Positions 34,914 to 46,088 are shown, counted from the stretch's first letter. The stretch is 64,000 nucleotides of DNA from Candidatus Moranbacteria bacterium RIFCSPHIGHO2_01_FULL_55_24 (GCA_001786575.1 MFRW01000011.1:22201-86200), one strand, 5' to 3'. The notes: a model not told the origin generated them from the letters alone. Translations and numbers: made by a program.

Positions 34914-35318
34914 TTACCAGACTTTGCACACGTACTCGCCTCCCAAGCCCTTGCTGTAAGCCTCGCCGCCAGTCATGACTCCTTGGGAAGTCGAAAGGAT
35001 CGCGATACCGTATCCGTTCTTCACCTTCTTTACCTGATGTCCCTTCACATAGATGCGGCAGCCTTCGGTGCTCACGCGGGTGATTTCCTGGATAGCCGGC
35101 AGGCGCTTGGTCGGGGAAACCTTGTTGTATTTCAGGGAAAGGACGAGATTCTTCTTCACGCCTTCGGTTTCGGTCTCTGCACCCTCGACAAAACCCTCAC
35201 GCACGAGAATCTCTGCGATCTTGGCCTTGAATTTGGACGCAGGAATAGAAACGCGTGTGTGGCCTGCGGCCTGGGCGTTCCGGATTCTTGTGAGCATGTC
35301 TGCGATTGGATCAAGCAT
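34914..35318 (-). CDS. rpsH: 30S ribosomal protein S8
   Basis: DPIADMLTRIRNAQAAGH. Confidence 0.95.
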   Translation of the reverse strand: MLDPIADMLTRIRNAQAAGHTRVSIPASKFKAKIAEILVREGFVEGAETETEGVKKNLVLSLKYNKVSPTKRLPAIQEITRVSTEGCRIYVKGHQVKKVKNGYGIAILSTSQGVMTGGEAYSKGLGGEYVCKVW

Positions 35319-35350
35319 ACGAATGTGTCATTTATAACCTATTGAGGGGC

Positions 35351-35536
35351 TTACCAGGAAGCTTTCTTCACTCCCGGGATCTGTCCGGTAAGCGCGAGCT
35401 CACGGAAACAAATACGGCAAATATCGAAACGGCGCAAATATCCGTGCTTCCGACCGCACTTCCAACACCGCCGTACTATACGGGTAGAAAACTTCGGTGT
35501 CTTGAGCGCTCGCGCGTGGGTTGATGTCTTTGCCAT
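35351..35536 (-). CDS. rpsZ: 30S ribosomal protein S14 type Z (zinc-binding, 61 aa)
   Basis: [21 protein letters not shown] (four-Cys zinc ribbon). Confidence 0.95.
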   Translation of the reverse strand: MAKTSTHARALKTPKFSTRIVRRCWKCGRKHGYLRRFDICRICFRELALTGQIPGVKKASW

Positions 35537-35550
35537 AACGAGATTGTTCT

Positions 35551-36111
35551 CTATTGCTTAGGTTCTTCTCCTTGGAGCGGCAGTCCGATGAGACGGAAAA
35601 GCGCTTCTCCTTCTTGTTTGTTTTTCGCAGTCGTCACGATGTTCACCTGGAAGCTGAACAAGTGCTGCACTTTTTCAGGGACGATTTCTGGAAATACGGC
35701 GTGTTCCTTGATGCCGATGTTCGCATTACCGCCCTGGTCGATTACGTTCTTCGAAAGTCCCTGGAAGTCGCGAACGCGCGGAAGAGCGACATTGAAGAAG
35801 CGGTCAAGGAAGTCCCACATGCGCTCACCATGAAGCGTAACGCGAGCGCCGACTTCAAGCCCTTCGCGGATCTTGAATCCGGCAATAGCCTTCTTCGCCT
35901 TCGTCATGACGACCTTCTGGCCGGTAATCGTCTCGAGTGCTTCGACGATCTCCTCCACCTTCTTGGTATCCTTCAGGATCTTGCCGATACCGACGTTGAC
36001 CACCACTTTCGAGACACGTGGAAGAGCCATCGGACTCTTGATGCCGAGCTCTTTCTTCATGCCTGGGATGGCACGCTCCTTGTATACTGTTTTGATCCCT
36101 GGTGTTTTCAT
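35551..36111 (-). CDS. rplE: 50S ribosomal protein L5
   Basis: Full-length L5 pattern ([13 protein letters not shown]..., [18 protein letters not shown]). Confidence 0.95.
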   Translation of the reverse strand: MKTPGIKTVYKERAIPGMKKELGIKSPMALPRVSKVVVNVGIGKILKDTKKVEEIVEALETITGQKVVMTKAKKAIAGFKIREGLEVGARVTLHGERMWDFLDRFFNVALPRVRDFQGLSKNVIDQGGNANIGIKEHAVFPEIVPEKVQHLFSFQVNIVTTAKNKQEGEALFRLIGLPLQGEEPKQ

Positions 36112-36143
36112 ATCGATAGTCTACGATGATTCTTCTTTATGCT

Positions 36144-36449
36144 TTACAGAGCCTTGCCGCTCTTCTTGCTGATGCGCACTTTCTCGTTCCCCTCCATGCG
36201 GTATCCGGCGCGGGTCGGCTTATTCGTCTCTTTGCAGATCAGCATGACGTTCGAGACATGGATCGGCGCCTCTTTCTCGACGCGCTCACCCTTCTGTCCC
36301 TCGCGCTTCGCGCGGATATGGCGCTTCATGATGTTCGCTCCCTTCACGATGACGCGTTCTGCCTTCGGGAAGATAGCCAGCACCTCGCCGCGCTTGCCGC
36401 GGTCCTTGCCAGCCCTCACTTCTACTTGGTCGCCTTTCTTGATCTTCAT
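36144..36449 (-). CDS. rplX: 50S ribosomal protein L24
   Basis: MKIKKGDQVEVRAGKDRGKRGEVL (KOW motif). Confidence 0.95.
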   Translation of the reverse strand: MKIKKGDQVEVRAGKDRGKRGEVLAIFPKAERVIVKGANIMKRHIRAKREGQKGERVEKEAPIHVSNVMLICKETNKPTRAGYRMEGNEKVRISKKSGKAL

Positions 36450-36458
36450 ACGTTTCTT

Positions 36459-36830
36459 TTACAATACTTCCGGAGCGAGTGAGACGATCTTGGCAAATCC
36501 CTTTTCGCGCAATTCGCGAGCGACCGGACCGAAGATACGGGTACCTTTCGGATCAGTGCCGTTCGTATCGAGAATCACTGCGGCATTCTCATCGAAGCGG
36601 ATATAGGAATTGTCCTTGCGGCGGTAAGCGCGATTCTGGCGGACGATGACAGCCTTCACCTTGTCGCCCTTCTTCACCATGCCGCGCGGCTCGGCAGATT
36701 TGACGGAAGCCACGATGATATCCCCCAAAGCAGCGTAGCGGCGGCGGGTACCTCCGAGCACTTTGAAACACTTGATGCTTTTGGCACCAGAGTTATCCGC
36801 AATTTTGAGCATGCTTTCTACTTGGATCAT
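36459..36830 (-). CDS. rplN: 50S ribosomal protein L14
   Basis: [27 protein letters not shown]. Confidence 0.97.
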   Translation of the reverse strand: MIQVESMLKIADNSGAKSIKCFKVLGGTRRRYAALGDIIVASVKSAEPRGMVKKGDKVKAVIVRQNRAYRRKDNSYIRFDENAAVILDTNGTDPKGTRIFGPVARELREKGFAKIVSLAPEVL

Positions 36831-36862
36831 AGGGCTATCTTAATCGGTCTTCTCTTTTTGGA

Positions 36863-37123
36863 TTATTTCTCTGAAATCACGCTGTGGCGCTTCTGTCCGC
36901 TGATCGGACGGCATTCCTGGAACATGACCACGTCTCCGATCTTATACGCGTTCGCTTCGTCATGCACCTTGTAGCGCTTGCTGGAGCGGTACTGCTTCAG
37001 ATACTTCGGATGAGTCTTCAAGGTATCGACTTTCACGACAATGGTCTTGTCCATCTTGTCGGAGACGACGACGCCCTTCAGCTTCGGAGCCTTATTCACT
37101 TTTGCTGTCTTCTGGTTTTCCAT
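36863..37123 (-). CDS. rpsQ: 30S ribosomal protein S17
   Basis: KGVVVSDKMDKTIVVKVDTLKTHPKYLK. Confidence 0.95.
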   Translation of the reverse strand: MENQKTAKVNKAPKLKGVVVSDKMDKTIVVKVDTLKTHPKYLKQYRSSKRYKVHDEANAYKIGDVVMFQECRPISGQKRHSVISEK

Positions 37124-37158
37124 ACGGAATGTTCTCGTAGTAAATTGAAAGAATACCT

Positions 37159-37392
37159 TTATTTCCCGGTTTCGTCAAGGCCGACTTCTTCTATGCGGGC
37201 GATTGTCTTCAGGCGGGCGATATCCTTCTTCATCTTGCGGTACTCGGTGTGGTTCTTCGCCTCGCGAGTCGCCAAATCGAAGCGCAGCTTGCGCGTCTTG
37301 TCGAGGAGCTCCACCAACGCCTTCGCGCGCTCTTCAGTATTCTTTTCTATCCATTCTTTGGCTTTCATACGCGCGCTCTTAGTGTTTTTCAA
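37159..37392 (-). CDS. rpmC: 50S ribosomal protein L29
   Basis: Short helical protein in the conserved position between rplP and rpsQ; overlaps rplP by 14 nt. Confidence 0.85.
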   Translation of the reverse strand: MKNTKSARMKAKEWIEKNTEERAKALVELLDKTRKLRFDLATREAKNHTEYRKMKKDIARLKTIARIEEVGLDETGK

Positions 37393-37792
37393 TAAAACGG
37401 GTCTTTACCGGGAGCTTGTGCGAAGCGAGACGCATCGCTTCCTGGGCCGCCTCGCGGCTGATGCCTTCCAGTTCGAACAGGACTTTTCCGGCACGGATCT
37501 TCGCCACGAAGTGGTCGACGCTTCCCTTACCTTTACCCATCGGGGTCTGTTCGCCCTTCTTGGTCATCGGTTTGTCAGGGAACACGCGGATCCACACCTT
37601 GCCGCCACGCTGGATCGAGCGAGTCATAGCACGGCGGGCAGACTCGATCTGGCGAGCGGAAATCAGGCCCTCTTCGAGGGATTTCAGCCCGAAGCTGCCG
37701 AAGCTCACTTCGCTTCCGCGGGTCGCCGGAGTTCCGGACCATCCTCCGCGGTGGTGCTTCCGATGTTTTACTTTGCGTGGCATTAACAACAT
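37379..37792 (-). CDS. rplP: 50S ribosomal protein L16
   Basis: [20 protein letters not shown]. Confidence 0.97.
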   Translation of the reverse strand: MLLMPRKVKHRKHHRGGWSGTPATRGSEVSFGSFGLKSLEEGLISARQIESARRAMTRSIQRGGKVWIRVFPDKPMTKKGEQTPMGKGKGSVDHFVAKIRAGKVLFELEGISREAAQEAMRLASHKLPVKTRFIEKH

Positions 37793-37834
37793 AGTCGTAT
37801 CTGTCGTGCGGACTCCCGAGAGAGCCCTGGCACA

Positions 37835-38494
37835 TTACTCTTGATTGGCTTCTTTAAACTTCTCTCCCTTGTAGATCCAGACTTTCACCCCGATCACTCC
37901 GTAGGTCGTATTCGCTTCATAACGGGCGAAATCGATATCTGCACGAAGCGTATGGAGAGGGATCTTTCCGCGGGACAACCATTCGCGACGGGACATTTCC
38001 GCTCCGCCCAAACGGCCGCAAATCTCGATCTTCACGCCTTCGATGCCCTTATTGGCCTCTACCTGGTCGAGTGTTCCCTTGAGGATGCGGCGGAACGGGA
38101 GACGGCGCTCGAGCTGCTCGGCCACCTGCTGGGCCACGAGCATGGCATTCGCTTCAGCCTGCTTCACTTCCTGGACCTCCACCTTGAGATCCACTTTCTT
38201 GCCGGCGAAGAAACGCTTCTTGATAACGCGGGTCAGGTCTTCGATGCCGGTCCCTCCGCGGCCGATGAGCACACCCGGGCGGGAAGTCTCGATGATCAGG
38301 CGGACGGCATTTGCAGAGCGCTCGATACCGACAGAGGCGATCGCAGCCTGCTTCCACTTCTTCATGATCAGATCGCGGATTTCCACGTCTTTCCGGAGCT
38401 GCTCGCGGTAGCGTTTCTTATCGCCGAACCAGCGCGACTGCCAGTTAGTCGTGATGCCGAGACGGATACCAGTTGGATTGACTTTATGTCCCAT
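37835..38494 (-). CDS. rpsC: 30S ribosomal protein S3
   Basis: MGHKVNPTGIRLGITTNWQSRWF (KH domain). Confidence 0.97.
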   Translation of the reverse strand: MGHKVNPTGIRLGITTNWQSRWFGDKKRYREQLRKDVEIRDLIMKKWKQAAIASVGIERSANAVRLIIETSRPGVLIGRGGTGIEDLTRVIKKRFFAGKKVDLKVEVQEVKQAEANAMLVAQQVAEQLERRLPFRRILKGTLDQVEANKGIEGVKIEICGRLGGAEMSRREWLSRGKIPLHTLRADIDFARYEANTTYGVIGVKVWIYKGEKFKEANQE

Positions 38495-38508
38495 AATAAG
38501 TAGAGAGG

Positions 38509-39030
38509 TTAGACAGCTTTACGCTGAAATATTTTCTTGGCAGCTGCTTTCGGCTGAACCGGAGCGGCTTTTTCCTTCGTTTTCATCACGCCCGCGCGCT
38601 TCGGCTGCCCTTCTTCCTTTGCAGGAGCGGCCGGAGTTTCGATGGCTTCGGTATCGACTGTCTCTTTCTTCGCCTTCTTCACACGGTTCTTGCCTTCGAT
38701 CTTCTCCTCGAGTATGACGGTGACTTTGGAACCGCGGCGGAGCAGCGGGGTCGCACGGCCGAAGGCCCGCGGCAGCCAGCGCTTCAGACGGAGCCCGTCC
38801 CCGACCTGTACATCAGCCACATAGAGATTGGCTTCATCGAGGCCGAAGTTGTTCGTCGCATTCGCGATCGCGCTCCGGAGGAGCGTGTGAAGCGGAGTCG
38901 CTGACTTCTTCGTAGCCTTCGAAAGCTGGAGCAGCGCTTCGCGCACATCAACGCCCACCAAAGCACGCGTCACCAGGCGCGTTTTGCGCGGTGAGACTCG
39001 GAGATTGTTCAATGATGCGTGTACTTTCAT
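38509..39030 (-). CDS. rplV: 50S ribosomal protein L22 with a ~60-aa K/A/P/E-rich C-terminal extension
   Basis: ASLNNLRVSPRKTRLVTRALVGVDVREAL core plus tail ...KKAKKETVDTEAIETPAAPAKEEGQPKRAGVMKTKEKAAPVQPKAAAKKIFQRKAV. Confidence 0.95.
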   Translation of the reverse strand: MKVHASLNNLRVSPRKTRLVTRALVGVDVREALLQLSKATKKSATPLHTLLRSAIANATNNFGLDEANLYVADVQVGDGLRLKRWLPRAFGRATPLLRRGSKVTVILEEKIEGKNRVKKAKKETVDTEAIETPAAPAKEEGQPKRAGVMKTKEKAAPVQPKAAAKKIFQRKAV

Positions 39031-39035
39031 AGGTC

Positions 39036-39377
39036 TTATTTCTTAGCCGCAGTCGAAGCCTTAGCGGCCTTCGCGGCATCCAATTCGCGCTGCTTCGCGG
39101 CAGATTCCAATTCCTTCTGCATCTTTCCTCCATGGCGATAGAACTTGCGCGTCGGAGAGAACTCTCCCAAACGGTGTCCGACCATTTCCTCCGACACGGA
39201 CACGGAGATGAAATCGCGGCCATTGTGCACGCCGAAGGTGAATCCGACCATCTCCGGAGAGATGACGCAGGCGCGCGACCAGGTCTTGATGACCGTGCGG
39301 TCGCCAAGCTTCTTCCCCTCAAGTTTCTTGAGGAGACGCTGATCTACGTATGGGCCTTTTTTCAGACTGCGTGACAT
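39036..39377 (-). CDS. rpsS: 30S ribosomal protein S19 with a K/A-rich C-terminal extension
   Basis: [19 protein letters not shown] core plus tail [26 protein letters not shown]. Confidence 0.95.
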   Translation of the reverse strand: MSRSLKKGPYVDQRLLKKLEGKKLGDRTVIKTWSRACVISPEMVGFTFGVHNGRDFISVSVSEEMVGHRLGEFSPTRKFYRHGGKMQKELESAAKQRELDAAKAAKASTAAKK

Positions 39378-39410
39378 AGGAGATTCTTTAGGATGGGGAT
39401 CGAAATGTTA

Positions 39411-40238
39411 TTACTTCTTGACTCTGCGACGGATAATATACTTGTTGCTCGGGTTCTTCTTGCTTCTGGTCTTCTTGCCGAGGGCTGGCTTGCCCCAAGG
39501 CGTCTTCGGGTGCATACCGAGCGGCTGGCGCCCTTCGCCACCTCCGTGAGGATGGTCTACCGGGTTCATCGCGCTTCCGCGAACGCCTGGCCGGCGATTC
39601 TTCCAGCGGCTGCGACCGGCTTTTCCGATCGTTTCGGCACTGTGCTCGAAATTGCTTACCTGACCGAGCGTAGCATAGCACTCCTTGCTAATCAAGCGGA
39701 TTTCTCCTGAAGTGAGTTTCACCTGGGCCATCGGACCATCAAGCGCCATAAGCGTCGCCTGGGTGCCGGCGCTGCGGACGATCTGCCCGCCTTTGCCGAC
39801 TTTGAGCTCGATATTGCAGATAATGGTGCCTGGCGGAATGTTCTTCAGGAGGAGACGGTTCCCGTTCTGGATCGGGGTCTCTTCGCCGGAAATCACTTCG
39901 TCTCCTGCGCGCATACCTTCGGTCGCGAGGATATAGCGCTTTTCGCCGTCACGGTAATAGATGAGAGCGATAAGAGCCGAGCGGTTCGGATCCTTCTCGA
40001 GGCTCGCTACGCGGCCCGGAATGTTCAGTTTGTCCTGCTTGAAATCCACCAAGCGGTAGCGCCGCTTGTGGCCGCCACCCTGGTGACGGACGGAAATCTT
40101 CCCGGCGGAACGGCCGGCTTTCTTCTTGTGCGGAGCCAGGAGGGACTTCTCCGGAGCACGGTCAGTCACGCCTTCAGGCTTGACCACCGACATGTTGCGG
40201 CGCCCGGCAGTATTTCGTTTGTAGATCTTGATTGCCAT
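39411..40238 (-). CDS. rplB: 50S ribosomal protein L2
   Basis: Full-length L2 (GRNxxGxITxRHxGGGHKRxYR, HPHGGGEGR). Confidence 0.97.
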   Translation of the reverse strand: MAIKIYKRNTAGRRNMSVVKPEGVTDRAPEKSLLAPHKKKAGRSAGKISVRHQGGGHKRRYRLVDFKQDKLNIPGRVASLEKDPNRSALIALIYYRDGEKRYILATEGMRAGDEVISGEETPIQNGNRLLLKNIPPGTIICNIELKVGKGGQIVRSAGTQATLMALDGPMAQVKLTSGEIRLISKECYATLGQVSNFEHSAETIGKAGRSRWKNRRPGVRGSAMNPVDHPHGGGEGRQPLGMHPKTPWGKPALGKKTRSKKNPSNKYIIRRRVKK

Positions 40239-40258
40239 ATGCTTCTAGAACAGCGCCT

Positions 40259-40630
40259 TTACAGGCCTCCCTTAAATAATTCGATACTCTGCCCTTCTGC
40301 GAGCTGGACCAGGGCCTTCTTGATACCGCTGCGCTTTCCCATAATCTGTTTCTTGCCGAAGGCCTTGCTCTTTCCCGGAAGATTCACGACGCGCACATCG
40401 GTGACATTTACGCCGAAGGCTTCCTGGACCGCCTGGGTGATACTCTGCTTCGTGGATGTCTTCGCTACTTCGAACACGTATTGGCCGTTGGCATTCAATG
40501 CATAGCTCTTTTCGGTAATGCGCGGCTTCAGAAGCACCTTCGCAGCGAGCGCGCTCTCTTTCTGGACTACCGGAGCCTTCGGAGCAGCAGCTTTCTTCTT
40601 CTTTTTCGTTGTCTTGGTAAACAGTGCCAT
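40259..40630 (-). CDS. rplW: 50S ribosomal protein L23 with a K/A-rich N-terminal extension
   Basis: MALFTKTTKKKKKAAAPKAPVVQKE... then LLKPRITEKSY core. Confidence 0.93.
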   Translation of the reverse strand: MALFTKTTKKKKKAAAPKAPVVQKESALAAKVLLKPRITEKSYALNANGQYVFEVAKTSTKQSITQAVQEAFGVNVTDVRVVNLPGKSKAFGKKQIMGKRSGIKKALVQLAEGQSIELFKGGL

Positions 40631-40642
40631 AATTCTCTGGTA

Positions 40643-41284
40643 TTATTTCTCCCACTTAGCGAAACGCTCTTCCAAGCGCGCCAGGCTCGCTTCAGAAAGA
40701 AGGACGAATTCGTGGTTCAACAGTTCGAGTACGTTCAGATTTTCCGCAAGCGTGCTGTCAGCCTTCGGAATGTTGCGGATGACGCGAGCGACCGGAAGCT
40801 CCTCTTTCGTCAGTCCTGCTACGAGGCTCTTCTCTCCCATTCCGAGGGTTTGCTTCGCTTCCGCAAAATGCTTGGTCTTCATTTCAGAAAAGGCGAGCGC
40901 ATCTACTACGACGCACTTCCCTTCGCGGATCTTGTCAGCAAGCGCGATCATGACGGCCTTCTGGCGCATCTTTCTGTTCGCGTCTTTGGAATAGTTGCGT
41001 TCGCTCGTAGGACCGAATACGACGCCACCTTTGCGCCAGATCGGACTGCGTACCTCGCCGACGCGGGCGCGGCCGGTCCCCTTCTGCCGCCAAGGCTTCC
41101 TGCCGGAACCGCGACGCTCGCTCCGATCCTTGGTATGGGCGATCGGCTGCCGCAGGTTGGCCTGAAGCGCCACGTATACCTGGTGGAGCAGCGCGTCATT
41201 CGAAGGCAGGCCGAAAAGAGACTCTTTGAGAGTGAGTTCTTTGACTTCGGCGCCCTTCAGGTTTTTGACAGAAACTTTGATCAT
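40643..41284 (-). CDS. rplD: 50S ribosomal protein L4
   Basis: KDRSERRGSGRKPWRQKGTGRARVGEVRSPIWRKGGVVFGP. Confidence 0.95.
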   Translation of the reverse strand: MIKVSVKNLKGAEVKELTLKESLFGLPSNDALLHQVYVALQANLRQPIAHTKDRSERRGSGRKPWRQKGTGRARVGEVRSPIWRKGGVVFGPTSERNYSKDANRKMRQKAVMIALADKIREGKCVVVDALAFSEMKTKHFAEAKQTLGMGEKSLVAGLTKEELPVARVIRNIPKADSTLAENLNVLELLNHEFVLLSEASLARLEERFAKWEK

Positions 41285-41298
41285 ATATATTTGAAATG

Positions 41299-41904
41299 CT
41301 ATTTGGCGCTCGTGATCTTTACGATACGGCCGTTCACTCCCGGGACCGCACCGCGGAGCCCGATGAGACCCTCGGCTTCGTTCACGTAGACGACCGAGAG
41401 ATTGCGGACCGTCAGGTTCTCGCCGCCCATGCGGCCGGCCATGCGCCGTCCCTTGATAACGTGTTCCGGAAATGTCGCGCCGATAGAACCAGGCTTGCGC
41501 ATATCATGTTTGCGGCCGTGGCTCGCCGGAGCTCCGCGGAAACCATGACGCTTCACGACACCCTGGAATCCCTTCGCTTTGGTCACGCCGGTCACATGGA
41601 CCTTTTCGCCGACTTCGAACTGGGAGACTTTGAGCTCCGTTCCCGGAGCGAATGTTTCCAATTCGGAGGCGAGGCCTGCCAACGCTTCCTTATCCAAGTC
41701 CTTGCCGATACGGAATTCGTGGGCGACATTCTTCTTCTTGGTCTTCTTGGTCTCTACCTGTACTGCCAGATAGCCGTTCTTGTCAGCCGTCCGATGAAGC
41801 GTCACGACGTTCGGGTCGCAAGCGACGAGCGTCATGTTCAAAGCACCCTTCGCTTCGTCGAAGAGTGTCGTCATTCCTAGTTTTTTTCCGAGCAGAAACT
41901 TCAT
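41299..41904 (-). CDS. rplC: 50S ribosomal protein L3
   Basis: MKFLLGKKLGMTTLFDE; start at the internal ATG (the listed ORF is over-extended to 41979). Confidence 0.95.
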   Translation of the reverse strand: MKFLLGKKLGMTTLFDEAKGALNMTLVACDPNVVTLHRTADKNGYLAVQVETKKTKKKNVAHEFRIGKDLDKEALAGLASELETFAPGTELKVSQFEVGEKVHVTGVTKAKGFQGVVKRHGFRGAPASHGRKHDMRKPGSIGATFPEHVIKGRRMAGRMGGENLTVRNLSVVYVNEAEGLIGLRGAVPGVNGRIVKITSAK

Positions 41905-41928
41905 GGCAGTATGGTCACTCACTTCATT

Positions 41929-41962
41929 AAAAAACAAAAAACTGACTCTCAAGCATAGCCAG
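41929..41962 (-). terminator. intrinsic terminator/attenuator-like hairpin plus U-tract between rpsJ and rplC
   Basis: Minus-strand RNA CUGGCU-AUGCUUGAG-AGUCAG (6 bp, one G.U) followed by UUUUUUGUUUUUUU. Confidence 0.45.
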
Positions 41963-42050
41963 TTTCCAGTATCCTGCAAACTCTGGCCCGCTTAGTATCC
42001 TTTCCCTTCACCCATATACAGACAAATAGGAAAGGACTTGAACGAGATTT

Positions 42051-42383
42051 CTACATTTTGATTTCGATGTCGACTCCTGCTGGCAAATCCAGATTCGTTA
42101 GATTATCAATCGTCTTGGCGGTCGGATTCAGGATATCGATCAGTCTCTTGTGCACCCGCATCTCGAACTGATCGCGAGAGTTCTTGTGCACGAAGGTGGA
42201 CTTGTTCACCGTCACTTTGTGCGCTTCCGTCGGGAGTGGCACTGGACCGGTAATCTCTGCACCAGAACGTTCAGCTGTCTCGACAATCTTGCGAGCCGAT
42301 TGGTCCGCAATCTTGTGGTCGTACGCCTTGATTTTGATTCTGACGCGCAGATTATTCTGTTGCGCCGCTTCTGTTTTTTTCAT
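42051..42383 (-). CDS. rpsJ: 30S ribosomal protein S10
   Basis: [41 protein letters not shown]. Confidence 0.97.
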   Translation of the reverse strand: MKKTEAAQQNNLRVRIKIKAYDHKIADQSARKIVETAERSGAEITGPVPLPTEAHKVTVNKSTFVHKNSRDQFEMRVHKRLIDILNPTAKTIDNLTNLDLPAGVDIEIKM

Positions 42384-42475
42384 TCTTGTAATCTACAATA
42401 TTCTTCCCGTCCATTCAAGAGAAGAGTTATGGGAACAAGGTCGAAGCCTCATTCCCACGCTCTTCACTCGAAGAG

Positions 42476-43666
42476 TTACTTCAAGATCTTGGTAACGACA
42501 CCGGCACCTACCGTGCGTCCGCCTTCGCGGATTGCGAAGCGTACGCCGTCTTCCATAGCGACCGGAGCCAACAGCTTGACCTTGAGAGTCACCGTGTCTC
42601 CAGGCATCACCATCTCGGTTCCCTCTGGGAGCTCTACTTCGCCGGTTACGTCCGTGGTACGGATGTAGAACTGCGGCTTGTAGCCCTTGAAGAACGGAGT
42701 GTGGCGACCGCCTTCTTCCTTGGAAAGGATATAGACTTCGCAATCAAATTCAGTGTGAGGAGTGATAGAACCCGGCTTGGCAAGAACCTGTCCGCGCTCT
42801 ACGTCTTCTTTCTTGATACCGCGGATCAGAAGACCGGCATTGTCACCGGCTTCACCACGGTTCAGCTGCTTGTTGAACATCTCGATACCGGTAACGACCG
42901 TCTTGACCGTGTCGCGGAGACCGACGATTTCGACTTCTTCGTTGATATTCACTACACCGCGCTCGATACGGCCGGTTACGACAGTACCGCGTCCTTCAAT
43001 CGAGAAGATGTCTTCGATCGGCATGAGGAACGGCTTGTCAGTATCGCGAACCGGTTCAGGGATCTTGGCGTCAAGAGCGGCCACAAGGTCCCAGATCGGC
43101 TTGGCATCAGCATCATCAGCAGACTTGGACTCGAGAGCCTTGAGCGCGCTGCCGCGGATGACAACTGCGTTGTCGCCATCGTAGTTGTACTTGGAAAGGA
43201 GTTCACGGACTTCAGCCTCGACGAGCTCGACGAGTTCCTGGTCATCCACCATATCCACCTTGTTCAGGAAGACGACGATTTCCGGTACGCCCACCTGGTA
43301 AGCGAGGAGGATGTGCTCGCGGGTCTGTGGCATAGGACCGTCAGTCGCGGAAACCACGAGGATAGCGCCGTCCATCTGGGCAGCACCCGTGATCATGTTT
43401 TTGATATAGTCAGCGTGACCAGGACAGTCGACGTGCGCGTAGTGACGAGCTTCCGACTCGTACTCGCAGTGAGCCGTCGCGATGGTAATACCGCGCTCGC
43501 GCTCTTCAGGAGCCTTGTCGATTTCGTCCACACCGCGCTCCTTCGCCAAACCCTTCATGCTCAACACATGGAGAATCGCAGCGGTCAGAGTAGTCTTACC
43601 GTGGTCGACGTGACCGATTGTGCCGACGTTTACGTGCGGCTTAGTTCGTTGAAATTGCTCTGCCAT
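42476..43666 (-). CDS. tuf: elongation factor Tu
   Basis: [37 protein letters not shown]. Confidence 0.99.
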   Translation of the reverse strand: MAEQFQRTKPHVNVGTIGHVDHGKTTLTAAILHVLSMKGLAKERGVDEIDKAPEERERGITIATAHCEYESEARHYAHVDCPGHADYIKNMITGAAQMDGAILVVSATDGPMPQTREHILLAYQVGVPEIVVFLNKVDMVDDQELVELVEAEVRELLSKYNYDGDNAVVIRGSALKALESKSADDADAKPIWDLVAALDAKIPEPVRDTDKPFLMPIEDIFSIEGRGTVVTGRIERGVVNINEEVEIVGLRDTVKTVVTGIEMFNKQLNRGEAGDNAGLLIRGIKKEDVERGQVLAKPGSITPHTEFDCEVYILSKEEGGRHTPFFKGYKPQFYIRTTDVTGEVELPEGTEMVMPGDTVTLKVKLLAPVAMEDGVRFAIREGGRTVGAGVVTKILK

Positions 43667-43859
43667 AACTTTGCGGAACCAGGAGGCTCTATGAACGAAC
43701 GCTCCGGCGTATTCCTAAAAAATTATACAAATTACGTCTTTTCATTTCTCTCGATTTTCCCCAAGTTTTTCGTAAAAATAAACAAAAAAGCTTGGGAAAA
43801 AGCATCGCTCATATGGTATCAATCTCGCTCGATCTTGTCAAGAGAAGAGCGAGGCTTCC

Positions 43860-45962
43860 CTACTTCCCTTCATTCCCTGCCGAGCGGGATCCGATAATCT
43901 CCTGCGCCACATTGCTCGGCACTTCAGCATAGTGGCTGAATTCCATAACATAGCTCGCGCGGCCCTGTGACATGGAGCGCATCTGGGTAGCGTAGCCGAA
44001 CATCGAGGAGAGCGGCACTTCCGCATGGATCTCCTTCACGGCAGAAGCTCCTTCGCCCCGGCCGACCATCTCCTTGATGACGCCGCGCTTGGAGGAAAGG
44101 TCACCGACGATATCGCCCATGAAGTTCTCCGGGGTCGTCACTGCCACCTTCATCACCGGTTCAAGAATGACCGGTTTCGCTTTTCTTGCAGCCTCTTTGA
44201 ACGCGAGCGATCCTGCGACACGGAAAGCGGCTTCCGAAGAGTCGACGTCATGGTAAGAACCGTCAAAGACCACGGCCTTCATGTCCACCATCGGATAGCC
44301 GGCAAGCACGCCGGTTTCCATGGCTTCCTGGATACCTTTGTCGATCGGCTTGATGAATTCCTGCGGAATCACACCGCCCTTGATCTCATCGACGAACTCA
44401 TAGCCCTCGCCCGGCTCCTGCGGTTCGAGGCGCAGCCAGCAATGGCCGTACTGTCCGCGACCGCCGGATTGGCGGATATACTTGCCCTCTGCCTCCGCCT
44501 TCTCACGGATAGTTTCGCGGTAAGCCACTTGCGGCCGTCCGACGTTCACTTCGACTTTGAACTCACGCTTCATACGGTCGACGAGAATGTCCAAGTGAAG
44601 CTCGCCCATGCCGGAAAGGATGGTCTGGCCGGTCTCGACATCGCTTCTGACGCGGAAAGTCGGGTCCTCCTCCATAAGTTTCTTCAAAGCGACACCCATC
44701 TTCTCCTGGTCAGCCTTGGTTTTCGGCTCGATCGCGATATCGATCACCGGTTCCGGGAAGACGATAGACTCGAGGATGACCGGGCTTTCCGGATCGCAGA
44801 GCGTGTCTCCGGTGGTGGTCACCTTCATGCCGACGAGCGCACCGATGTCGCCTGCTCCGAGCTCATCGATCTCTTCGCGATGATTGGCATGCATACGCAG
44901 GATACGTCCGATACGTTCCTTCTCTCCCTTGGTAGCATTGAGCACGTACGAACCGGCCTTGACGGTACCGGAGTAGACACGGAAGAAGGTAAGCTGCCCT
45001 ACGAAGGGATCGGTTGCGATCTTGAACGCGAGCGCAGAGAACTTCTCATTGTCATCGGTCTTTCGTTCCACTTCCTGTTCGGTCTTCGGGTCGATAGCCT
45101 TGATAGCCGGAATATCGAGCGGCGATGGCAGATAGTCCACCACGGCATCCAGGATGAGCTGGACGCCCTTGTTGCGGAGCGCAGTCCCGGTGAACACCGG
45201 GATCAGGCGCACCTCGCAGACTGCCTTGCGGAGAGCGGCCTTCAATTCCTCGACGGAAATCTCTTCGCCGTTCAGATACTTCTCGGTCAGCGCGTCATCG
45301 GTTTCGGAAATCTTCTCCACCATCTTCTCGCGCCACTCCTTGGCCTTGTCGAGGAGTTCGGCCGGAATCTCGGCTTCTTCGATGATCTCGCCCATCTGGC
45401 CGCTGAAAGTGTAGGACTTCATCTTCATGAGGTCGATGATGCCGTAGAAATCGCTCCGCTCGCCCATCGGGAGCTGAACCGCGACGGCATGCGGGGTGAG
45501 GCGGTTCCAGATAGATGCCAGCGCATCCTCGAAAACAGCGCCCTCTTTGTCGATCTTATTGATAAAGCAGATGCGGGGAACCTGGTATTTGTCAGCCTGG
45601 CGCCAGACGGTTTCCGACTGCGGCTCGACACCCTCCTTGCCGTCGAATACCACCACGCCGCCATCCAAGACGCGCAAAGAACGCTCCACCTCTACGGTGA
45701 AGTCCACGTGTCCCGGAGTGTCGATGATGTTGATGTGATGATCCTTCCAGAAGCAGGTAGTCGCGGCCGAAGTGATCGTGATACCGCGCTCGCGTTCCTG
45801 TTCCATCCAGTCCATAGTCGCCTCTCCCTCATGCACCTCGCCGATCTTGTGCGTGATTCCGGTATAGAAAAGCACACGTTCAGTCGTCGTGGTCTTGCCA
45901 GCATCGATATGGGCGATGATGCCGATATTGCGATAGCGCTCGATAGGGATAGTGCGTGGCAT
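43860..45962 (-). CDS. fusA: elongation factor G
   Basis: [28 protein letters not shown], 700 aa. Confidence 0.99.
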   Translation of the reverse strand: MPRTIPIERYRNIGIIAHIDAGKTTTTERVLFYTGITHKIGEVHEGEATMDWMEQERERGITITSAATTCFWKDHHINIIDTPGHVDFTVEVERSLRVLDGGVVVFDGKEGVEPQSETVWRQADKYQVPRICFINKIDKEGAVFEDALASIWNRLTPHAVAVQLPMGERSDFYGIIDLMKMKSYTFSGQMGEIIEEAEIPAELLDKAKEWREKMVEKISETDDALTEKYLNGEEISVEELKAALRKAVCEVRLIPVFTGTALRNKGVQLILDAVVDYLPSPLDIPAIKAIDPKTEQEVERKTDDNEKFSALAFKIATDPFVGQLTFFRVYSGTVKAGSYVLNATKGEKERIGRILRMHANHREEIDELGAGDIGALVGMKVTTTGDTLCDPESPVILESIVFPEPVIDIAIEPKTKADQEKMGVALKKLMEEDPTFRVRSDVETGQTILSGMGELHLDILVDRMKREFKVEVNVGRPQVAYRETIREKAEAEGKYIRQSGGRGQYGHCWLRLEPQEPGEGYEFVDEIKGGVIPQEFIKPIDKGIQEAMETGVLAGYPMVDMKAVVFDGSYHDVDSSEAAFRVAGSLAFKEAARKAKPVILEPVMKVAVTTPENFMGDIVGDLSSKRGVIKEMVGRGEGASAVKEIHAEVPLSSMFGYATQMRSMSQGRASYVMEFSHYAEVPSNVAQEIIGSRSAGNEGK

Positions 45963-46088
45963 AAAGGGATGCGATTTATGATTTTATGATACGGATATCG
46001 ATGAATAAAAAAGATTTACGACCCCGCAGATGAAGAAAAACTCATAGTCCTTATTCTTCCATCTCTCATCGTAAATCTCAAACTTCCG

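Noticed and set aside
36884-37786. 300-aa plus-strand ORF
   Set aside because: Antisense to rpsQ, rpmC and rplP.
43691-43897. Small plus-strand ORF ([12 protein letters not shown]...) with an AGGAGG 4 nt upstream, inside the tuf-fusA spacer
   Set aside because: The AGGAGG is just the complement of the CCTCCT in the tuf leader. The ORF runs into the fusA 3' end antisense and has no conservation signal.
42701-45989. Plus-strand ORFs 42701-43897 and 44025-45989
   Set aside because: Antisense to tuf and fusA.
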